From assembly GCA_001662655.1 (NCBI GenBank), contig KV460209.1: DNA of 20,112 nucleotides; one strand, 5' to 3'. The notes below the pieces were generated by a model. The model was not told the DNA's origin. It saw only the letters and a program-made list of their open reading frames with translations, and did not search any database. Positions within the stretch are counted from its first letter, which is position 1; every line of letters begins with the position of its first letter. This document shows positions 11,143 to 20,112 of the stretch, piece after piece. The position numbers and the translations under genes were made by a program. The DNA comes from Pseudogymnoascus verrucosus (lineage: Eukaryota).

Positions 11143-11671
11143 TGTAACGCTAGGTCTTAAACTATAAGACTTATAGAGGTTTTATTACGTTAGTTTACTT
11201 AATAGAGGAGGTAGGGGATTAGATACTAAAGGCTTTTATAAAACACGTTATAGTATATAACAAATACTATATTAAGTTGAGCACGAAGCTCCTATCTAAG
11301 AACTATCTATCTACTTATATAGTAGCGTTGTACTAAAGGGAATAGTTAGAATAGCAGACTCTCTAACTATTCTTACTATTCCTACTAATCTAATTACGTG
11401 TACATCCTATAAGAGGTGCTACACTTATTATAGGTACTAATTCCTATAGGTGCCCTTCTAAGGAGGCACCTTACTCTATATAGGTGCCTTTCCTAATAGG
11501 TACCTTTCTTTTACTAGGTACCTTCTACAAAAGGTACCTTTTCCTAAAGGTGCCCTTATTAACTAAGCTACCTATAATCTCTATATCTATTTCCTACTAC
11601 TAATAGCTATAAGCTATTTTACCTTATTACTCTATCTTATAGTATATAGGTTGTATGTTTTAGCTATAACA
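11143..11671 (-). repeat. LTR copy A (529 bp), 3' LTR of element 1
   Basis: TG...CA termini (TGTAAC...ATAACA). It is the reverse complement of 15264-15793 apart mainly from transitions. Confidence 0.93.
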
Positions 11672-11676
11672 CTAGG

Positions 11677-11687
11677 TCCCCTCCCTT
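11677..11687 (-). other. Polypurine tract of element 1
   Basis: The minus strand reads AAGGGAGGGGA, ending 5 nt before the 3' LTR start at 11671. Confidence 0.75.
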
Positions 11688-11784
11688 AAGGCCTAGTCCT
11701 ATAGGCCTTACTAACTAAGAATCCTACTAGCCTACTTAAGTGTAGTAGGTCCCCTATATTTATAGGGTAGGTAAGGCTACAACT

Positions 11785-12339
11785 ATGTCTTTCTCTAAAC
11801 ACTTAAAAATTAAAGAATGCAAACTGCTTACTAACTATATAACCTATAAAGGGGTTAAAATGCCTCTCTATTCCTACTATAAGAAATGAGGTCTTTACTA
11901 CCTTGCTTCTACTTCCTCTAAATGATGTAATAAATGTGTTTATATAAATTCTTACAACTATAACGTCTCTAGCCCTTCTACTAGCAACTAGCAGTTATTA
12001 TAGAAAGAAGAAGATTGTCTTTATCTTAAAACTTATATAACCTATAAAGCTATAGTAACTACTATAGCGTGTCTTAACTACCTTAAGCAATAGTAGGATC
12101 TTCTTAAGACCTAAGGTGCTAAGATGCTTTATTATAGTCTAAAGACCCTTAATGAACTAAAGGAGGTTAAAGAACATAAGTAATAAGAAACTAAAGCTTA
12201 TGCTTACCTTGCTAGTCCTTCTATAACTAACCCTAGGAGTGCTGTTCCTAAGCCTAACTATCTATTAGCCCTTTCCCCTAGGTTCTTTAAACGTTAGGGT
12301 ATTAACAGTAGAACTCTACTAGTAACTCTAGGCAGCTAA
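11785..12339 (+). pseudogene. RIP-degraded extra ORF antisense to pol within element 1 (185 codons); Zn2Cys6-like spacing followed by a coiled-coil-like region
   Basis: Runs ATG 11785 to TAA 12339 with no frameshift. All internal stops (TGA/TAG/TAA) are revertible by C>T or G>A. TGT/TAY codons fall at spacing x2-x6-x8-x2-x7. The segment GAKMLYYSLKTLNELKEVKE reverts to GAEMLRRGLKTLDELEEVEE. Confidence 0.6.
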
Positions 12340-14400
12340 GGTTCCCCCTTAACTCCTATAAGTTGTTTATAGGTTTATAACCTTTCTATTTTATTAAAAA
12401 CTCTTCTTAGCGTCCTACTAACCTTCTATCTAAGATTGCCTTAACCTTATATTTAATAATCTTATTCTTAGGTTAAAGTTTAGTGTCTATTGTAATTAGG
12501 GCATCCCCTCTTACTAGTTCTAATAATAAGATATAAAACACTAGGTAGAGTCTAGAGTTCTTAGGTAGCTATAGCTTATAATTAACTAAGCTAACTTTCT
12601 CTAATATCTTAAATAGTCCTAATTTCTTAAAGTCTAACTTTGTACTTAGCTGTTTTGTTTTAATGTGTTTTTAGAGTAGGTATACTTTATCCTCCTCCTT
12701 AAAGGTAGGTTCTATACTATACTTCTTATTTATATATATAGTAGATTGTTTGTTTAAGAACTAGATATCTGTTATAAGTTGTTTCTAGAAGGAAAGTATC
12801 TTTAATACTTCTAACGTTCCTTCCTTAGAATGAAATTTATCTAGTCTTAGCGTCTTATATACCTTTAGTTACTATCTGTTATTAGTAAAGAATAGTAAGA
12901 CCTTTGTTACCTCTAATAGTGCTAAGTTATATATAAACTCTACTAGATGTAGGTACTAGACCTAGTTGTTTTATTTAATATTAACATAGCTTTATAAATA
13001 TACTTCTAACGTCTAGTTAGTTTGTTCTGTTTATCTATCTATTTATAGGTAGAAGGCTATAAACAGCTTATAGTTTGTTCTAAGCTACGCTATAACTATC
13101 TACTAGAATTTAGATGTAAAGAGCTTGTCTTAATCTAAAATTATCTTATCTAGGAGTCTATACGCTATAACAATGACTTTTAAGAAGGTATAAGCTAATG
13201 CCTTTATATCTAATGCTTCTATAAATAGTATAAAGTAGGCTTCCTTTATAAGTTAACAGTTAGAGACTATAATAGAGTCTATAATAAATCCTATTATTAG
13301 TTCTTTTAATGGTAGTAGCTTTATAATAAAGTTAATTACTATTAAGGACTATACTTATCCTAGTGTTAGTAGTGATTTTAAAAGTCTATATAGTACGTGC
13401 CTATTTACTTTTAACTTCTAGCAAATGTTACATCCTAACACTACTATCTCTACTTACTTCCTTAGTCCTAGGAAGTAGTAGTGTTATATAATTTATTTAA
13501 AGGTTTGTATTACTCCCTAATGTCTATGTACTAGCAACAAGTGTTGTTCTTATACTAGTAGGCGTCTTATTTAACTTAGGACATACACTAATCCTTTAAA
13601 TTATATTAACCCTTATTCGTTAATAGAGAAGTTTCCTTTAACTCTATTTAGGGTTCACTTTGCTATTTTATCTATTGTATAAGCGTTCTTAAGTCTCTAC
13701 TTAAGTTCTATATCTTCTATAATAGCAATTATAGCTAGTAGTTCATTATATTATATTCCTACATCTGTTTTCTTTAATATTGCCCTAGGTCTTTCTTCCT
13801 TTAGGCTAATGTAATTAATCCTTCTACTAAAAGCATCTACTCTTACATTCTTAGAGCCCTTATAATAAGTTATTATAAAGTAGTAGGCTATAAGGGTTTC
13901 TACCTAGTAGACTTGTCTATAGTTTAAAACCTTAGTTATAGTAAAGTATATAAGGTTCTTATAATCTATTTATACCTATATAGGGTAGGTAGATCCCTTA
14001 AGATATACTTACTACTACTTAAAGGCAATAATAATAGCTAGTAGCTTCTTATTATAGATGTTATAGTTAAGCTCTATAGGTAACAGTTTCCTAGAGTAAT
14101 ATATAATTAGTTTAAACTTACTATTCTTATCTAGCTAATTTAGATATACTCTAATTACAAAATTAGAAGAGTTTGTCTTAAGGATAATCTTCTTTATAGG
14201 GTTAAATGTAGCAAGGATTAGTACCTTTATAAACTTTATCTTAAGTTCTTAGAAGGCAGCTTCTACTTTGTCTATCTATTTAAACGCAAGGTCCTTCCTA
14301 GTAAGCTCTATAAGTAGTTAGGCTACCTTAGAATATCCTATAATAAACTAGTAGTAGAAGTTAGCAAAGCCTAAAAAGGCTTGTACTTCCTTAACTATAG

Positions 14401-14699
14401 TATAAGGATGCCTCCTTACTTAGGGTAGTTATAGCTGTTATATAGTGCTATTAAGACTTAGGGCTGTTATAGGTTAGTTGCAACTAATAGCCTTAGGTAT
14501 ATAACGTAAGGAAGCCTTAGGCAAATAGGGAGCTAGCTAAGTTAGAGTAGTTTTAGGTATTTTAAGGGAATAGCTATATAGGGTTACACCTTTATCTTTT
14601 TTATATCCTTTATAGTAGACCTATAGGATTATACTAACTTCTATTTAACTTACACTCCTATATGCAACTTCTTGTAATATAGTGCCCTATGTCCTTATA
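14401..14699. mobile_element. 299-bp solo LTR of a second family inserted into pol of element 1
   Basis: Flanked by the 5-bp direct repeat TATAG (14396-14400 and 14700-14704). It has inverted termini TATAAGGA...TCCTTATA, the RIP form of TGTAAGGA...TCCTTACA. Removing it restores colinearity with 19150-19200. Confidence 0.85.
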
Positions 14700-15263
14700 T
14701 ATAGTTAGTATTAGCTATTCTAACACTACTATAACTTTTACTTAGTTCATTTTAATGCTATGTGTTCTAATAATATAACCTAAGAATTTAACTTAGTTCT
14801 TATAAAACTTACATTTCTCTAGCTTTAACAGTAGGTTATATTCCTTTAGCTTCTAAAGGATAAGCTTAACATACTAAGTATATTTGTCCTTGTTTACTAA
14901 GTATACTAGTATATTGTCTAGGTAAACGATAGTAAATATATCTAGATATTTATATAAAGCATTATTCATTAAGCGTTGTATAGATATAGGGGCGTTAGTT
15001 AGCCTAAAGGGTATAACTTAATATTTAAATAGACTATAGTAGGTGTAGAATGCTGTTTTCTACTCCTTACTATTAGCTATCTAGATTAGATTGTATACAC
15101 TATATAGGTCTAGCTTAGTAAAGATCTTAGCTCCTTAGAACCTATTATATAACTTATTAATTAACAGTAAGGTGTATTAATCCTTTATTATTATGTTGTT
15201 TAATGCTTAATAGTCTATATATAGTCGTTTGCTTCTATCCTTCTTAGGAACCTATAACATTAG

Positions 15264-15793
15264 TGTTATAGCTAAAACATATAACCTATATGCTATAAGA
15301 TAGAATAATAAGGTAAAATAGCTTGTAGCTAATTAGCAGTAGGAAATGGACGTAGGGATTGTAGGTAGCTTAGTTAATAAGGGCACCTTTAGGAAAAGGT
15401 ACCTTTCTTAGAAGGTACCTAGTAAAAGAGAGGTGCCTATTAGGAAAGGCACCTATATAGAGCAAGGTGACTCCTTAAAAGGGCACTTATAGGAATCAGT
15501 ACCTAAAATAAGTATAGCACCTCTTATAGGACATATATATAATTAGATTAGTAGGAATAGTGAGAATAGCTAGAGAGTCTACTATTCTAACTATTCCCTT
15601 TAGTATAATGCTACTATATAAGTAGATAGTTATTTCTTAGATAGGAGCTTTATGCTTAACTTAATATAGTATTTTGTTATATACTATAACGTGTTTTATA
15701 AAAGCCTTTATATCTAATCCCCTACCTCCTCTATTAAGTAAACTAACGTAACAAAACCTCTATAAGTCTTATAGTTTAAGACCTAGCGTTACA
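15264..15793 (+). repeat. LTR copy B (530 bp), 5' LTR of element 2
   Basis: TGTTATAGC...GCGTTACA, matching copies A and C. A TATATAAG box lies at 15615-15622. Confidence 0.93.
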
Positions 15794-15841
15794 CTTTAAG
15801 CACTACTTCTATAAGGTACTAGCTTATACACTAAAGCAACT

Positions 15842-17827
15842 ATAGCTCTAAATGTTCTAAGCCTAAGAGGAAGTGTTGTTAGACAACCTAACACACCTAC
15901 CCTATAGTTGTCTTAAAGACCTATTACTAAGAACAAAGAGATGCCTAACGCGCCTATAACATTAGAACTTAGGGAGGCCTTATGTGTTAAGCTCCCTAAT
16001 ACCTCCTCTAGTAATTAAAAGGAACTTAAAGTATTCTTGCTATAGGTTAAACTATATTAGCATTTTAACGACAATAAGTTTCCTACTAGAGAAAGCTATG
16101 CTCTATAGACTTTGTCCTACCTTTAAGGGGAGGCCCTTTAATAGATTGAACCTATCCTTAAGGACTACTTCTAACACAAAAGTACTAATAGAAGCATAGT
16201 AGCTACTTAAACTATATTTAGCAGCTACAAAGGATTCTATAAGGAGATCTAATGTATATTTAGAGATATTAATGAAATCAAGACTATAGTAGACTACCTG
16301 TTTACGCTTAAGTAGATAGGTAGCGCCCTTATATACTCTATAGAATTCTAGAGATATAGCAATTAGACAGGATAGGATGCTAGCGCGCTTATTAGCTACT
16401 ATTAACATAGGCTAAAGAGCTATATATATATAGAACTTACCTGTTTAGAGCAACAACTAACAGACATAGTAACGCTAATTAAGTATATAGTCTAAATTAA
16501 CAATTAGCTATACAAATTCTAGAAGGAACAACAGACCTATAACAAACCTAAGAAAAATTATCCCTACTAAGGAAACAAAGGTAGATAATAGGAACAACAC
16601 CTATAAGATAACTATTAGTTAGACCTAATAGAACTCAATGCTACGTTTAAGCCTAGACGACCCTATAACCTAAAAAAGGACAAGTAATTTAAGGAACGAC
16701 TTTGCTTTAACTATAATAAGCTAGGCTACATAGCCTAAGACTATAGACAGCTAAAGAAGGGAAATAGTAAATATAAATTTAGTAAACAACTCAACGCTAC
16801 CTAGTAAGGCTAAGGAGGCTATAACGCCTTAGGAATGTAGTTAAACGCTACATTTATAAACAAATAGGACTAGGGAATTAATGGCGATAGCACCCTAGAA
16901 GAAGAAAGCTTAGATAAGGAATTAGAGGTAGAATCCCTTACTGTCTTAGAACAAGGAACCTTTAACGAGCTTATACCTATAGAACTAATAAGTCTGTAGT
17001 ATAAGAGCGTAGTATAACGTATAGCAAAACACGCCTACTTAAAGATTAAAACTAAACAAGACAAGCCTAGTGCCCTAAGGAGAATCCCTACACTTAAGGG
17101 CATCTATAGAAACCTGTTATAGGGACTCCTATTAGAGTGTAAGGTAGACGACTACAAGAACGACCTCTAGAGATACTATAACATACTAACTAATAAGCTT
17201 AGACAGCTTAGTACGTTAGTAGAAATAGAAACCTTCTTAGTTTAGGAAGTAAGAGAATTAGGAAAAGATGTTAAATATATAGCTATATTAAAGAATATAA
17301 AGAGCGTTGAACTTTACTACTAGGATAGAAAGAGGGCCCTAAAGAAGTATAACGAAAAAGCTAGAGATATAATTTAATAGGAAAACATAAGACCTACTAT
17401 ACAACTAGAGCGGAGAGCTATAGAACAATTAGAGATGTTTACTACGCCTTTAAGGGAAGATAGTAAATAGGTAAAAGGACAACGGGAATTAGTAAGGGCA
17501 GATGTAATAGAGACTAATTATCCCTAGTATGCGTATGTCTACTAGGAGTACTATAGTAAAGACAACTATAAACTCTACTAGAGAAAGAAACACTAGCATT
17601 AGTTATTCCCTTAATCCTTACCTAAGATACACTTTTAAGACATAGAATAGGTTTATGCCCTTAGACACAGTTAGTCTAAAGGAGAATTACCTATAAAGAA
17701 TAAATAGGTATATAAGAGATACCTACACCTATTAAGGGAAGTAGTAAGATAAGTAGGACTGCCCCTATTAGGACTGCTAATAGAGGACAACGAATATTAT
17801 TCTCCCTCTAATAAGTTAAAAAACTAG
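15842..17827 (+). pseudogene. gag: gag relic of element 2 (~660 codons)
   Basis: The motifs KLPNTSSSN*KELKVFLL (15989), the zinc knuckle CFNYNKLGYIA*DY (= CFNCxKPGHxARDC) and the terminal TAG at 17825 share one frame. The start is inferred at a RIP-mutated ATA at 15842; an intact in-frame ATG lies at 15941. Confidence 0.75.
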
Positions 17828-19781
17828 GAGTCCTTAACAGTAGGCTACTAGTAAGTAATAAGAAGAGGCCTAGTACAAAACAGCTAGGTGCTATAGAAGG
17901 TAGTATATAGCTATATATAGTTGCTAAGATATAATAGTAACACCTCTAAGTAATAATTAACTTTAGAGTAACAGGCAACTTTATAATAAAGAAAGTAGTA
18001 GACACATAAGGTTTTAAGACGTAATTAAAAGCTAATCCTTACCTACTAATAGTTGTAGATAGAGAACCTATCTTAACTAATAAGGGAATAGTAACCTATA
18101 AGACAGTCCTATTAGAAATGGTTATGCTACATAGGCATAAGGAAACGATCTAATTTAACATTATATACATAGATAATCATATATGTATCCTTAGTGTACT
18201 ATAGCTTAAGAAACACAACCCCTAGATTAACTAGTAGAATAAGAAAGTTATAATGAGCTAATGTGTATATAAACAATAAATAGACATGCTACATTAAGAG
18301 AAACCCTCTTAAGGCTAATGTAAGGTATATACAACCTCTATAGAGCCTAGTGACCTAGCCTAGGCACCCTTACTAATGAGTATACTAGTAGAGTATAAGG
18401 AATATAAGTAGTTATTCTAGGAAGGCCCTAAGAACAAGGCGCTTCCTAAGCACTAACTATAGGACTATATAATACCCTTAGAAGAAGGAAAGAGTCTACC
18501 ATTTAGACTAATATACTAGATGTTAGTAGATGAGTTAAAACTGCTAAAAGAATATATTAACGATAACCTTAAGAAAGGATTTATTAGACTGTCTAAATCT
18601 CCTATAGGAAGCCTAATGTTATAGGTTCTTAAGAAGGATAGAAGTAAACAACTATACATAGACTATTAAGCATTAAACAACATAATGATAAAGGATCGAT
18701 ACGCCTTACTATTAATTAATAAGTTACATAATAGATTCTAAGGAGCTAAGATCTTTACTAAGCTAGATCTACATAGCATATATAACCTAATCTAGATAGC
18801 TAATAGCAAGGAGTAGAAGATAGCATTCTATACCTACTATAGCCTATTTAAATATTAAGTTATGCCCTTTAGGTTAACTAACGCCCCTATATCTATGCAA
18901 CGCTTAATAAATGACGCTTTACATAAATATCTAGACATATTTACTATTGTTTACTTAGACGATATACTAGTATACTTAGTAAACAAGGACAAATATACTT
19001 AGCATGTTAAGCTTGTCCTCTAGAAGCTAAAGGAATACAACCTACTGTTAAAGCTAGAGAAATGTAAGTTCTATAAAAACTAAGTTGAATTCTTAGGCTA
19101 CATTATTAGAACGTATAGCATTAAGATAGACTAAGTAAAGGTCATGGTAGTATTAGAATAGCTAATACTAACTATAGTTAAGGAAGTATAAGCCTTCTTA
19201 AGCTTTGCTAACTTTTACCGTTAGTTCATTATAGGATATTCTAAGGTAGCTTAACTACTTATAGAGCTTACTAGGAAGGATCTTGTGTTTAAATGGATAG
19301 ATAAAGCAGAGACTGCCTTCTAGGAACTTAAGATAAAGTTTATAGAGGCACTTATCCTTATAACATTTAACCCTATAAAGAAGATTGTCCTTAAGACAGA
19401 CGCTTCTAACTTTACAATTAGAGCATGTCTAAATTAGCTAGGTGAGAACAGTAAGTTTAAACTAATTACGTACTACTCTAGGAAACTGTTACCTATAGAG
19501 CTTAACTATAACATCTATAATAAGGAGCTACTAGCTATTATCATTGCCTTTAAGTAGTAGTATGTATATCTTAAGGGATCTACCTATACTATATAAGTGT
19601 AGACAGATTATAAGAACCTTATATACTTTACTACAACTAAGGTTTTAAACTATAGATAAGTCTACTAGGCAGAAATCCTTATAGCCTACAACTTTACAAT
19701 AACCTATTATAAAGGCTCTAAGAATGTAAGAGTAGATGCTCTTAGTAGAAGGACTAACTACATTAGCCTAAAGGAAGAAAG
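17818..19781 (+). pseudogene. pol: pol relic of element 2 (protease, RT, RNase H) in the -1 frame relative to gag
   Basis: Protease, RT and RNase H motifs as above, with many RIP stops. The slippery heptamer AAAAAAC at 17818-17824 lies directly before the gag stop. Confidence 0.85.
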
Positions 19782-20112
19782 TGTTACAGCTGAAACATGC
19801 AACCTATATGCCACAAGATAGAATAATAAGGTAAAATAGCTTGCAGCTAATTAGCAGCAGGAAATGGACGCAGAGATTGTAGGTAGCTTAGTTAATGAGG
19901 GCACCTTTGGGAAAAGGTACCTTTCTTAGAAGGTACCTAGCAAAAGAAAGGTGCCTATTAGGAAAGGCACCTATGCAGAGCAAGGTGCCTCCTTAGAAGG
20001 GCACCTATAGGAATCGGTACCTGCAATAAGTGTAGCACCTCTTACAGGACGCACACGTAATTGGATTAGTAGGAATAGTGAGAATAGTTAGAGAGTCTGC
20101 TATTCCAACTAT
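19782..20112 (+). mobile_element. LTR copy C (partial, runs off the window); start of a third same-family insertion or a solo LTR
   Basis: TGTTACAGCTGAAACATGC... aligns to copy B but keeps many CA/TG dinucleotides. It interrupts pol after AAGGAAGAAAG, where element 1 continues ACCTAGG. Confidence 0.9.

Larger units (their letters stand above)
11143..15263 (-). mobile_element. Ty3/Gypsy chromovirus element 1: RIP-inactivated 3' part (RT-RNase H-integrase-chromodomain, PPT, 3' LTR), cut in RT by element 2
   Basis: The minus strand gives RIP-altered RT (MPFRLTNAP, YLDNILVY), RNase H, an integrase HHCC region (~13545-13420), KLDFKKLGxF (GPF/Y, ~12640-12610) and a chromodomain (~12460-12300). RT/RNase H align colinearly with 18613-19781 on the plus strand. 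Confidence 0.9.
15264..19781 (+). mobile_element. Ty3/Gypsy element 2 (same family as element 1): 5' LTR, gag, protease, RT, RNase H; RIP-inactivated, interrupted at 19781
   Basis: The LTR is followed by gag with a CCHC relic at 16703-16744. Then come a protease relic VIINFRVTGNFI (17950-17985, from xxIDSGATGNF), RT MPFRLTNAP and YLDD (18952-18963), and RNase H TDASNF and ELNYNIYNKELLAII. Confidence 0.92.

Noticed and set aside
11138..15263. ATTAG immediately left of both LTR A and LTR B as a shared target-site duplication, or LTRs A and B as terminal inverted repeats of one element
   Set aside because: The LTRs are in opposite orientation and belong to different insertions. The ATTAG at 15259-15263 is RT coding sequence, and the match is likely chance in TA-rich RIP DNA.
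15984..16408. ORFs 15984-16199 (+) and 16103-16408 (-)
   Set aside because: They are chance open frames in RIP-mutated gag and are not in the gag frame.

Overview
Filamentous-ascomycete genomic DNA (short GT-AG introns, heavy RIP) in two sharply different halves. Bases 1-10,010 are GC-balanced and hold a compact four-gene cluster that looks like aromatic/phenolic catabolism: an FAH-family hydrolase (+), a two-finger C2H2/fungal-TF-domain regulator (+), a VOC-fold extradiol dioxygenase of the trihydroxytoluene-oxygenase type (-), and a divergently transcribed MhpA-like FAD monooxygenase (+). All four genes splice into intact frames. All three promoter regions carry tandem arrays of the same (T)GTGGG(A/G) core with different periods, and that core fits the site predicted from the regulator's own zinc-finger helices. 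Bases ~10,090-20,112 are AT-rich and RIP-mutated. They hold a 5'-truncated TPR pseudogene and a nest of chromodomain Ty3/Gypsy retrotransposons. A minus-strand copy is interrupted by an unrelated solo LTR and by a plus-strand copy of its own family, which is itself interrupted by a third, less mutated LTR. The element family shows a relic antisense ORF with Zn2Cys6-like spacing, a regularly spaced GGYRCC array in the LTR, a probable self-priming PBS, and a long gag ending in an AAAAAAC -1 frameshift site. Family calls come from hand-recognised motifs; no database searches were run.
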